DNA of 56,220 nucleotides, filler included, from Stramenopiles sp. TOSAG23-3 (Eukaryota): NCBI GenBank assembly GCA_900128585.1. It is 6 parts of 6 records of this genome, joined end to end, with 100 filler letters (N's around TTAATTAATTAA, not from the genome) between each part and the next. Parts side by side here need not be neighbours in the genome. Positions count along the whole stretch, not along the records: positions 33,729 to 50,356 come from LT642481.1; positions 50,457 to 52,311 come from LT645314.1; positions 52,412 to 54,266 come from LT645315.1; positions 54,367 to 56,220 come from LT645316.1; 2 more parts are not named here. One strand, 5' to 3'. Shown piece by piece: positions 47,001 to 56,220 of this stretch (position 1 is its first letter; each line of letters starts with the position of its first letter). The notes under the pieces were generated by a model. It saw only the letters and a program-made list of their open reading frames with translations, ran no database searches and was not told where the DNA came from. The position numbers and the translations under genes were made by a program.

Positions 47001-47439
47001 GTGCAGACCAGTTTGCCACCAGAAGATTTGTTGGGTCGCTTGCTAAGTACATACTCAACGAAGCACCGTTCCATCCATCTCCATACGAATCCTTGCCTTC
47101 CAAAGTGTACCCCCCGGACAGCAATGGATTCGACGTAAATCGTGAGAAGCTATTTCTTGCCCCGTCATTTCTCTCGCTCTGATAAAAAGTTTGCACTCCT
47201 CCGATGGTCCAATCCTGTCTCTGAAGACGGAAACTTGTTTCGTAACACCAACCCCCGCAAATAAACTCGAATACCATTTCATCCCTCCCTAGTTCGGGGG
47301 GGCAGTATGCCCCGCGGGGGCAGCGCGTACATACGTTATTGCTTTTATACTCCCCCTCTTCACAGGATAAGGACGCCGTTAACGAAGGGGTCAACCAGAA
47401 CAAGACAATAGTTATTACTACGAACGTTTCGAACTTCAT
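44083..47439 (-). CDS. Type I membrane Cys-rich surface protein with GCC2/GCC3 (ephrin-receptor-like) repeats
   Basis: Signal peptide MKFETFVVITIVLFWLTPSLTA; many CPxGxY/F repeats; DSYGDGWNGA motif; TM segment LLIFLVGMLALLSVLVYSAFLAF; cytoplasmic tail. Confidence 0.85.
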   Translation of the reverse strand: MKFETFVVITIVLFWLTPSLTASLSCEEGEYKSNNVCTRCPRGAYCPPELGRDEMVFEFICGGWCYETSFRLQRQDWTIGGVQTFYQSERNDGARNSFSRFTSNPLLSGGYTLEGKDSYGDGWNGASLSMYLASDPTNLLVANWSAPTVTKDMWYSYKTSYGNTWSVSFVDQPPGQASEEVIPCPSGRWGDIAGKSVMGEACPHFCSPGKYSSSSNKVTAYSTTESAACNTCPTGRFATTNSAYDNKDAALPPDQQTSIDAYCPMTTSSCYVGYYCEANRSVGTLCPAGRTSGTTAGHTTLSSGCPLCSRGHFCPGAGQSYPCPKGRYGYERGNVNVSDCRMCDPGTHSSSDGAVFCENCQAGTYCPGTGEKHNCPAGRYGSNPAGLFTDIDSACQKCDKGKYADGEGSTVCQKCNPFEYANGTGSASCKRCPPNHGTGFEGATDKADCIVFKNGEDTHYYLSMTHVGCTPPSEEECDTARARLGFKLPGYKIRHRNYPYGCTTAGYNSWHHSNYPCKATNKCICKAAMPKMYRLANTTSRCNFPLSKRWCTTLQNSLAWPVNRSCYEMQTSRAYNYYTSTSTSHNHLIVVASRDGCKEARREFENEGLYRDLQYYDAAPRMCSFRDSSAPRFQFGTYTRRQSACSFYTRCVLKNTKVCSRERVSRLFPNGCFFHPKFGFTYNDGPGTDCGSDGVPCVCLNPCPAGTYSMYGTGAFPCQNCPMGRFGTNEGAVGPEMGCSGICPVGRIGQRLPHQNADSVENGCSKLCPVGTEMIPFEDPMFDGGGQTEDVCTKCPKGTFSAQRLVDTEIRNDIITSLRRITVMKCIPCDRGRYAADTAGEECEPCPLHYFQDDVGGTECKACPVGKLSPPDGSRTECTLCVYAEEANMEVKIQGLERVCVPCGFLRHRPSTSITCVIDPGSLLIFLVGMLALLSVLVYSAFLAFKVRALKSINSRFKAEMAEIAKTYDKVFYDDDNAAAEDNEKAGIISLRNLNQISHQQVELTPVRTIQHTTSAPAVAHRATDNALASESYKKARVTWELLEREMVKTTESPVLIKIFEEMKILVKEQSRTGYTIRKQELLTLASRKRTILKQNVATVWDDRVAKSFGELLDAFRK

Positions 47440-48705
47440 GCCAGCCACGTGCTTTTGCGAGTAGGAGCCGTTCAAAAACAATCGTTCCTTTGATTTGTCT
47501 AGTACAGACGCGTAAATGGTATTAAACTGTATTCGAAGAAAGTGTTATTTCAGGTCAAGAAGAGCGCGTACATGCATTTCATTCTTGTTTTGTTTTCGTT
47601 TTCTTCCTCTGCCGCCCCTCCCAGCGCAGCGTAAAAGCTCTCCCCTTATTTGAGTATAATCTATATAGTCAACAATCAATAACTAACTTTAATTTGGGAA
47701 ATTCAGTTAAACAACCACCGAGACGACCCCCGCCGCCGTCGAAGAAGAAGAAAAAACAAAACGAGAGAGAGATAATTATAACTCATGCTGCGCTGTGTTA
47801 GTTGCCTTAATATTTTAGCTGCTTCATCAATACATTATAACAGCATAACAGCTGCTAAGAGATAAAATCTGTTTATTATTTATATTTCTTTGATGCTGTA
47901 ATGCTGTAATGTTATAATCCTATATAATGCTATAATAATGCTATAAAATATAAATTTTAGATTTTTTTTGGTGGAGGCTATTGCTATATTATTTATATAA
48001 TGATAATGCTATATAATGGTATTTATAATTGAAGAAGAAAAAGAAGAAAGATGATTGATTGATAGGCTAGAAGGCTACGAGTAGAAGAAGAAGCTAGAAG
48101 AAAAAAAGAAGGGATATTTATTACATTCGACCCTTAACAATATACTAAATTTTTGCTACTATAGACATACCATTATATTTATTAGTGCTATTCCATTGTA
48201 TGAAACACCTTTTTTGTAAGCATAGTACAGCACTTTATCCTAATATGACCCTTCGGGACGCCTGTGGCAAGGGGCCTTCCATTCTAGGTTCAATGGAGCA
48301 TTATTTTATTTAAGGGTCGAATATCAAAAAAGGCCGAATCACAAAAACAGTGGATAGAGGATATAGAGGATAAAAATCAAATAATTATTCTTCCAAAAAA
48401 GAAGATAGAAGAAGAGGAGTGGTGGGTGTGGCGGTGGCGGGCGCGTGCATGGTTACTTGGTATTAATACCGTACCGGTACCACCACCGGTATAAATAATA
48501 TGAATGTGGCGCGTCATTATCATAATAATCTCAATCAATATAATCACGTCGTCGTATAAATACATATAAACAAACATATATATGCAGAAAATTGACCTTT
48601 CTTTCTACGCATGATTTACACGAATTGTTCGTCCTTTTACCCGCCAACCCAGGTGTTTTACCATTAATAAATACCAATTTAGCCCTTTCGTTTTTTTCTT
48701 GTTTC

Positions 48706-49353
48706 ATGTCCTGCACTATGAGGTGCCGCCAGTTTCTCGCCCAGTGGAAAAATAGGCGCTGTAGAAAGTTCCGTTGGGGCAACCCGCTGCACAAAAAGTA
48801 CGAAGATGTGGCCACGCTGCGACCTCGTAGTAACCCGTTACTCCCCAGACATTTTATGAATGTTGGGATGTCCGAACTTGGGTGGAGGGCGATTATTTAC
48901 ACAAAAGTTTTTCATGGAACATGGTACAGTTTTTTGCTCTGCCTGTCCACGGGATTTTTTGTATCAGTCTTTATTTTTTGGATTCCCGTCATCATTATGT
49001 ACTCTTTTGGCGACCTGAGTGTCACAAACGTGAACAGCGTAGAAGACACTGTCGCGCTGGCCTTTACCACACTGTTGAACATCCCATCAATTTATGTTCC
49101 TACCTCGGCAACTGCAGTCATCGCCGTGTCGCTGGAAACTGGGTTTGGACGATTTATACTTGCAGGGGTCACTGCAATTTTGGTTGTGAAAGCATCAAAA
49201 GTGCAAAACAACATTGTCCTCAGCAACACAGCATTGTTCCATAAAAAACATGGTCACTGGTACATATCGCTTGCGAATTGCCCGCCACGCAAATTTACGG
49301 TTGTCGGACCAGTTGACGCGCTTGAAAGAGGCCTACAACCGTGCGGGGCCTAG
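48706..49353 (+). CDS. Inward-rectifier (Kir/KirBac)-like channel N-terminal and TM module, with a degenerate filter and no recognisable cytoplasmic domain
   Basis: Slide helix/TM1 IYTKVFHGTWYSFLLCL; pore helix SVEDTVALAFTTLLNI; TM2 AVIAVSLETGFGRFILAGVTAILVVKASK; then NIVLSNTALF...HGHWYISL, matching the Kir RP...VLFS..A.....G...LM pattern. Confidence 0.6.
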   Translation: MSCTMRCRQFLAQWKNRRCRKFRWGNPLHKKYEDVATLRPRSNPLLPRHFMNVGMSELGWRAIIYTKVFHGTWYSFLLCLSTGFFVSVFIFWIPVIIMYSFGDLSVTNVNSVEDTVALAFTTLLNIPSIYVPTSATAVIAVSLETGFGRFILAGVTAILVVKASKVQNNIVLSNTALFHKKHGHWYISLANCPPRKFTVVGPVDALERGLQPCGA

Positions 49354-49787
49354 GTCGGACATTTTTGGTAAAAGTAGGGATGTTTTGACAGCCGAGAGAC
49401 AGGCAAGGCTGTTGGTTAAGCAAGAGCAGCTTTTGGGAGCTCCCGGTGCGAATCGAAAGATAGTGTACCCCAAAAGCCCGTCGACCAGTTTGAACGTCGA
49501 AAAGGGGATGCTAGGGGTGCACATGCGTACATACAAAAAAAGGGTGGGGGTGAAGGTGGGTAGCCCGAAAACGGACAGAAAACAACCTGGTGTGCAGTAG
49601 TAACACAGAAGAATTTTTCCCGTGCGGTCCCAAAAATAATACACTCTTACACTAGTACAAAATTGTGCGGGATGAATAAAACAATATAACTTGTGGCAAT
49701 ATATAATTTGGTTTTTTTAACTTGTTGCAATTACAAAGTTTCTAGCCCTCTCTGAGCTCGAGCTTTTCCATAGTGTTACACTCAACC

Positions 49788-50356
49788 TCAAAGCCCCACT
49801 CCACTAATCGACGTGGTGCCCTCGAGCACCGCTGGAGACAAGGGCAGAAACTGGTGGGTGCCAGTTTTCAGATCGACCGTAACAACGGCCCACGTATCCC
49901 ACGTGCCCGGGTACGGGATTGGCACGGGCGAGTCCTTATCAACAAGCGCAACGTAAGTGTCCCCTTCAATCGCATCTAGCACAAAACCTAGTTGGCCGTT
50001 GCCCATGACGCGGGGTGCGCCGCCCTCCAGCTCGGCAAGGACTTTCGCACTGCCACCGGCTTTCCATTGGACAACGTCGAGTAATCCACTGGTAGCATTT
50101 GGTGCCAATGAAATGAACGATCCATCGCCCCCATAACTTCGCGCACCAAAGTAGTACAGGTGGTTGTCTGGCACGGGAATACTGCTGTCCCAAGATGCAT
50201 GTACGACAGCGTTGTTATTGCCAAAGGTAACGCTGCCCATCCCTGGGTTTTCCTGGAACACGACGCTCTTGTAGCCCAATCGTCGCGCACCCTGACCGTC
50301 GCACGTTCGGTGATAACCCGCGTAAAACGAAGGGTCAGATTCACCCCCCGTTCGAG
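49788..50356 (-). CDS. 3' part of a hypothetical beta-rich protein, 5' end lost at the contig edge
   Basis: Frame is open from the contig edge to the stop at 49788; no family recognised. Confidence 0.55.
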
Positions 50357-50456
50357 NNNNNNNNNNNNNNNNNNNNNNNNNNNNNNNNNNNNNNNNNNNN
50401 TTAATTAATTAANNNNNNNNNNNNNNNNNNNNNNNNNNNNNNNNNNNNNNNNNNNN
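50357..50456. other. Artificial contig linker
   Basis: N44-TTAATTAATTAA-N44. Confidence 0.97.
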
Positions 50457-52311
50457 AAGTCAGAATGCAAAAAAGTAGGCCTGACCGCCCCTCCTGTTGC
50501 ATCGAACTGGTGGCGTGCAGATCCAACGAGCGCCGACCTTCAGAAATACCCATTTTACAGCTGCCCGTTCCCAGGCACTTGTACCGGTGGAAACAGTAGC
50601 ATGGGCAGATGCGTTGAAGGCCATGACGATAAGGGCGTCGTATGTGCCACCTGTAGCACCGAGTACGTGCTTCAAGGCGAGCGATGCGTGTTTTGTGAAG
50701 GTAGACAGGATGCTGCCGTGTTTTCCTCTGAGCTTTTGGCATTGTGCATGGCCGGTTTGGTGTTGTTTTCATTGGCAACGTTTGCATTCCTCACGCAACC
50801 GGCCTTAGGCAAAAAAGATGTGCAGCTGCTGAAGTCAGAGTTAAAGCCGCACGAGCTAAGCACCACGGTGAAACGAAAAGAGTTTGTAAACACTTTCAGA
50901 AAGTCTTCCTCGCTTACAGCATCCCAATTGGACCAAGCATTTGACCTGATCGATGCAGATATGGATGGAAAAATTGATGGCAAAGACATCGGTACATTTA
51001 CGAATATTTCTGCTGGCGTCAAGGTAGGAAAACTGCATGACGAAGGGCAGCAGGCCGTCGAACAGATATCAGAAAAGGTATACAAAATTGCGTCGCCACA
51101 GGTAGTTGGGGTATGGCATAAGCATACTGGACTGTTGAAGTCACTGGAAGTGTGGGTAGAATCGATGAAAGAATCGATCAAGAAAGCAAAAGAGGCGGTG
51201 GCGAACTTCTTGAAGCAGTTTCGATTGAAGCTAGACACTTCGTTTGGCGAAAGTGAGTGGTTGGACACCCTGATGGAAGCCATTCGAAAGATATTGATGG
51301 AGCCTATTGAACGGCTGGGGGCATACGTTCAAAAGATAGAAGGCGTATTGCACCAGATGAAACAAGCGTTTTTGGAGCATGCTGATGACATGAAGGCGTT
51401 ATTGGCTCGGTTGAAAGGATTACACCTGGAGTTGAATTTTCTATTTTTATCCTTTCCATCCTTCCGCCTAGAATTCGATGTCGTGTGGTCGAAAATTCTG
51501 TCCGTTTTATTTCAGTTTGACATCGACATCACGAAGCTAGAAACGCTCATTCAAGATCTGTTAACAGAAGTCAACACATTCTTTAATACCCTGAACGCGT
51601 CACTCACCGCAGCGCTGGACAAATTGAAAGGAATCTTGCAGTCGCTATTAAACATTCAATGGAAACTAGCAGGTGGTTTGTTTGACCTAGGTGGATGGCT
51701 CATGAAACTAAAAATATTCGTAGGCTTTGCTCAATGCTTTGCTTACTTCCCAGTAACGTTTGACGTCCCTTGGCCAGAAAATTTGCTAGGATTTATGAAA
51801 GCGATGGAGTTTACCGCATTTGATCTCTACGCAGTGTTTGGCGATGTATCCTGTCGGATGCAAACTGGATTTTTGCAAAAATATGTGTACCACATGGCAT
51901 TGTTTCCAGCAATTTTGTCCATCATCGCTGGCATGTATTTGATGGCTCGATTCTTACGTGGAATAACCCAATACTGTCGCCTTACTAAGTTTACGAGCGA
52001 GTCGTTGAAGACACAAGTGTTTACGCTGTTGTCGCTAGTATCGTTTGCATTGTACACCGGGATATCTACACGAATCTTTCGATTGTTCAAATGCCGTAAG
52101 ATACAGGGCGCGTGGTATTTAACGGCGGACTACACTGTGACTTGTCAAGAGGGAGAGTGGAATGGCTACGCTGCATCAGGCGCCTTGTTCATCTTACTGT
52201 ATGTGGTGGGAATTCCAGGAGTTCAACTGTATTTGTTGTATCGCAATCGTCATATTTTGCACGTTCGAGAGGGCATGACCCATGAAGAGAAGCAGGAGCA
52301 GCATGTTGTGG
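50457..52311 (+). CDS. Internal fragment of a Cys-rich-ectodomain multi-pass membrane protein, with an EF-hand and a long helical cytoplasmic insertion
   Basis: Open across the whole contig. CVEGHDDKGVVCATC...CVFC before TM1; EF loop DADMDGKIDGKD; later KLKIFVGFAQ, FDVPWP, LYTGISTRIFRLFKC, YLTADYTVTC, LYVVGIP, typical of protist Cys-rich multi-TM receptors. Confidence 0.8.
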
Positions 52312-52411
52312 NNNNNNNNNNNNNNNNNNNNNNNNNNNNNNNNNNNNNNNNNNNNTTAATTAATTAANNNNNNNNNNNNNNNNNNNNNNNNNNNNNNNNN
52401 NNNNNNNNNNN
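52312..52411. other. Artificial contig linker
   Basis: N44-TTAATTAATTAA-N44. Confidence 0.97.
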
Positions 52412-53244
52412 AAAGACAAAGAAGGAAGATGATGATAGAATTCTACCTTACCAATCATCCGACGTATTAATATTATACCGTCACAGCATTGGCCATAATG
52501 TTTTTCATGATATTAATATTATTAATAATATATGACGATGATGATGAAGAAGAATAATGTTGAAAAAGAACAGAGAGAAGCACCACAACAAAAGAATGTG
52601 ATAATGTGATGATGATGGTTCAATTTATAAAACAACAACAACCAACAAAGGTTGATGATTACATTAACGCAGCATAAGTCCAAATAAGCTGATTGTATGA
52701 CTTAGTAGAGGGACCGGACCTCTTGGTGGAATTTGTTGATCTTTTGGACGACTGCTGCTTTTATTAGTAGGGCTTCAAGGTTTTCTCATCGTCTTTGAAA
52801 TTTGAAAACATGATTCAATTTTATGATCATAATATAGACTATACTATATAATAATAGCATTCATTACTAATATTAGTAATATGAATAATCACATTCTTCC
52901 ACTTAATATAAATACTTGATATTAATATGATATTATTATCGCATTTTTTTGGGTGGGGCTGGGCTCTGGTTCGAAGAATGTACTTTTTCACCCCCCTCCA
53001 AAAATAAAATAAGCTCAAAAAAAAGTGATGATCATTATCTTCTTTGTTGGTGCTGTATTGATGTATAATAATGTTGCACACCACCAAGAAAATAAATAAT
53101 GAAAATTTGGGGAAAGAACTGTATGCTGCGGGGAGAAAAGAAAGGTGGTAAATGTGTAATAATGTAAACAATCAGCGCAGAAACAGAGTTAAGTGATCCA
53201 GTTTAATTAAATACAACGCAGGCAAAAAAGGTAAAAGGAAAGCA

Positions 53245-54266
53245 ATGTCTTCGAACTCAGAGCAACTTGCCAATGGGTACGTTCCAGTTCATTCTACGTT
53301 CCAGCTGTTTGCTGTCATAGCAACGGGGGGTACTTTGATATTCTATACGCTGCAAATACGCTCTGGGAAAAGGGGTGGTTGGGAACCTGTGTATGTCTCC
53401 ATGATTGAATTCTTGGCGTATTTCATAAGTTTCCTATTGCCCGACGAGTATTCGTTCCTGTCATTAGGTGAACGCTCTGTGCCGGTATTCCGGTACGTCT
53501 CGTGGCTGACGACCTGCCCGATTATCTTAAAAGTGTTGGTTACTATTATGACCGAAACTGGCAAAACACCTGATCACAACCTTATATTGCAACTTATGCT
53601 CGGGATTACCTGGATTGAGCTGTTTGGCTTTATGGGCAACTTGTACGATGGGTTCTTCAAGGACGTCTGCATTGCGCTGGCATGCTGCGGTATGCTTGTC
53701 CTTTACTACGCAATCTTTCAGACGTGGACCAACAACAAAGACACACTGGACCGGCTGAAGCAACGATACGAACTCGTCGTTTTACTGCTTGTCAGCTGGC
53801 TTCTTTTCCCAGCATTTTACATCCTTGGGCCAAATATGATGAAGATTGTTAACAACCAAATATCCGTCATCGGACATGTAGTTGGCGATTTGCTAGCAAA
53901 AAATATATGGGGGATGCTGGCGTGGAAGTTTAACCGAAAAACTTCGTCTTCTTCAGGGCTCAAGGAAATTAAGGTGGAGAGCCATGGTGGGGATAAGGTA
54001 GTACGACAAGAGTCGTCCGAATTGGTTGTTGTCAATACCCCCCAAAGTGAGAAAAATAAAAGTGAGAAAGTGCCAAAACACGTCCAAGAGTTCTTGCTGC
54101 AATATTACTTGCAATCGAAATCGCGCAGACCCGGTCACGTGGAAGAAGCAAAGGATGAAACAGGCATTTTCGACTTACGCGAAGTGGAATCGAGCAACCA
54201 ACAACACTCGCCGTCGCCTACTCTAAGGAGAGCCGCAAATCAACAATCGCCAACACCGTATTTTGG
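53245..54266 (+). CDS. Channelrhodopsin (type-1 rhodopsin), probably anion-conducting; C-terminal tail truncated at the contig edge
   Basis: TM2 GWEPVYVSMIE, TM3 FRYVSWLTTCPIIL, TM6 SWLLFPAFYILGP and TM7 GHVVGDLLAKNIWG with retinal-binding Lys219. These parallel CrChR2 GWEEIYVCAIE, LRYAEWLLTCPVIL, SWGMFPILFILGP and GHTIIDLMSKNCWG. Confidence 0.92.
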
Positions 54267-54366
54267 NNNNNNNNNNNNNNNNNNNNNNNNNNNNNNNNNN
54301 NNNNNNNNNNTTAATTAATTAANNNNNNNNNNNNNNNNNNNNNNNNNNNNNNNNNNNNNNNNNNNN
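54267..54366. other. Artificial contig linker
   Basis: N44-TTAATTAATTAA-N44. Confidence 0.97.
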
Positions 54367-54478
54367 ACGCGTAAATAACAGCCAATTTTCTTGATGTTAA
54401 TAATTTAAATACGAAAACAGATGATGATGATGGAAGAAAGAAGAAAAAAAATAATACTATTACAAGACACATACAACT

Positions 54479-55861
54479 TTACTTTTTACTACCGCAGTCA
54501 ACTCGTAATTTCTTGTAAATTCCCAATCGTTGCAAAGCATCCCTTACTTGTCCTTCACGCTGAACTCTGTATGCAAGTGGCGGGCCCTTTTTCAACGCAC
54601 TTTGTGCTGTTACCAGTAGTTTCTTTGTTTCATCGAAAAGTTTTTGCATTGCAACCGGCTTAGATTTTCTTCTTCTTAAAGAAAGTTTCGCAAAAGATTT
54701 GCCAAAGTTCAATGCATTAAATGTAGTACTGGAATTATCAGGCGCTTGAGAAACACACACAAACACAGCAGTAAGGGCTTCCCCTGTCAAGGATTGACTC
54801 AATAGCATGATCAGGTCAAACATATAGTTCCGAAATGAGAAATTTTTGTTTTTAGACTTTCTGCTCGCAACTAAATCACGAACAGCTTGGCCAAGCATTG
54901 TTAACGAGTAGTTCACCAACATTCCTTGCACTGACGCGGTTGACGAACGGTAATCTGAATCTCCATGGGCATCTTTCATTTTTTCACTCCCGGCTAGGTC
55001 TACAAATTGAAACCTTGAGGTTGATACGGTATCATCGGTTGAATCGTAACAGTACAACGTCAAACTCACGATGCAGTGTGATCTACTGCTATATTGATTT
55101 AATCCTGTACCTAACGTACATCGTTCTGCAATTCCAGAAAAGAAACGGAACAAATCTTGATCACTTTCCAATATTAATTCCTCCATACCAAAAATTCGTG
55201 CTGGTTTTGTCGTCCTGTCTATACAAACACCGTATTGTGTAGCTCTTCCCATTAAGTTCCCAATCTTTCGATCCTCAGTAGGTTTATTAAGCATATCCAT
55301 GTTTCCAAGCATCATACTTAGTTCAACCGAATTTGCCGTTAAAATATACTTTATATTATTATTTGCCGCTGCTGACAAAAGTTTGAAACGCGAAAAAATT
55401 TCCAGCGCTGCACGAGGAAAAATGCCATAATCTTTATGAACAGACACACCATAATCACCGCGGCCTGCGCGTTCCATAATACCCGGTGTACCAAACATTG
55501 TGTGCGTTTTTCCAGTCCCAGTCTGTCCGTATGCCATTACATTGACATTGAAACCTTCCATAAATGCATTTATTCGACGAGGAAGAAAAAAATTGAACAA
55601 CGCTTCATTATCCGTTTCTGGTGGAATAACATGGTTCATGTACGAAAATGATTTTCCGTTACATTTAATCCCGGCAACAATATCAATCCTTCCGCCGCCA
55701 CCAGCACCAACTTTATCAGCATTTTGGTACCGAAGAGCAGCCTGGCCATCTTTCATTCCAACACCAGATTTTTCGACGCCACCACCGCCAGCACCGATCG
55801 GTTTGACACGAACTATAGCCATTCCGCCGTCATCGTCTTCCGAGACTTGTTTTGTAGACAT
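54479..55861 (-). CDS. Divergent kinesin, essentially motor domain only
   Basis: IVRVKP, GFNVNVMAYGQTGTGKTHTMFG, NQYSSRSH, FVDLAGSE, VNYSLTMLG. About 460 aa with only a short C-terminal helix. Confidence 0.92.
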   Translation of the reverse strand: MSTKQVSEDDDGGMAIVRVKPIGAGGGGVEKSGVGMKDGQAALRYQNADKVGAGGGGRIDIVAGIKCNGKSFSYMNHVIPPETDNEALFNFFLPRRINAFMEGFNVNVMAYGQTGTGKTHTMFGTPGIMERAGRGDYGVSVHKDYGIFPRAALEIFSRFKLLSAAANNNIKYILTANSVELSMMLGNMDMLNKPTEDRKIGNLMGRATQYGVCIDRTTKPARIFGMEELILESDQDLFRFFSGIAERCTLGTGLNQYSSRSHCIVSLTLYCYDSTDDTVSTSRFQFVDLAGSEKMKDAHGDSDYRSSTASVQGMLVNYSLTMLGQAVRDLVASRKSKNKNFSFRNYMFDLIMLLSQSLTGEALTAVFVCVSQAPDNSSTTFNALNFGKSFAKLSLRRRKSKPVAMQKLFDETKKLLVTAQSALKKGPPLAYRVQREGQVRDALQRLGIYKKLRVDCGSKK

Positions 55862-56220
55862 TATTTTCAATCTAGAAAGTATTCATGTAAAAACAAATAT
55901 TGGGGACAGAACGATCTAATTCAACAATAAATCTTGTGCAAAAAAAGTACTTTCGAAAAGTCTTTTGGTTATGTATATTTTGTACGAAGTACCTTCGAAT
56001 TTTGGTTCAGCATGCAGATTCCTCCCAAGTCCCTACTAATCATTTGTGCCGAAAACCGATACCTGGTAGTAACTTTCATACTAAGCCCATGCTAATTTCT
56101 CAAAAAAAAATCTCAACAGCCTGCCCTAATTTGTACTTTGGCGAAAACTTTTCTTAGCAAATGCTACTGTATGTATAGACCATGTATTCAGAGTCGAAAA
56201 AAAATGTAGTTAATAGACTA

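Noticed and set aside
53245..54266. Rhodopsin as a proton pump or enzyme-rhodopsin
   Set aside because: It lacks the D85 carboxylate and DTD/DTE motif, has the channelrhodopsin-type TCP and TM2 glutamates, and no enzyme domain is seen in the available tail.
16774..54366. Recurrent TTAATTAATTAA palindrome as a biological element, and gene neighbourhoods spanning it (e.g. rhodopsin next to kinesin)
   Set aside because: It always sits centred in an exact 100-bp N block, and contig lengths descend (16755, 16628, 1855, 1855, 1854). It is a concatenation linker.

Overview
Eukaryotic (protist-like) draft-genome sequence, not one locus. Six contigs (1-16773, 16874-33628, 33729-50356, 50457-52311, 52412-54266, 54367-56220) are joined by artificial 100-bp N/TTAATTAATTAA/N linkers in descending length order, so adjacency across linkers is meaningless. 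Genes are mostly intronless and separated by AT-rich spacers. Recognisable housekeeping genes: TXNDC17, an SLC25 carrier, a spliced CRAL-TRIO/GOLD gene, AP-4 beta, Peter Pan, GCDH and a kinesin. There are also several Cys-rich surface proteins. Stand-out 1 (1546-6829): a large Roco-type protein with near-identical 87-bp LRR units that vary at a few ligand-face codons, then ROC-COR, an H-Y-E PARP-like ADP-ribosyltransferase, a Legionella SidE-like phosphodiesterase domain and a PHD finger. This is a candidate single-chain eukaryotic sensor coupled to ADP-ribosylation or phosphoribosyl chemistry. Stand-out 2 (53245-54266): a channelrhodopsin with anion-channel-type residues. Also present: a Kir-like channel lacking the GYG filter, and a dispersed, probably retroelement-derived repeat family sitting almost only downstream of gene 3' ends. 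All family assignments are by-eye motif recognition; no searches were run.
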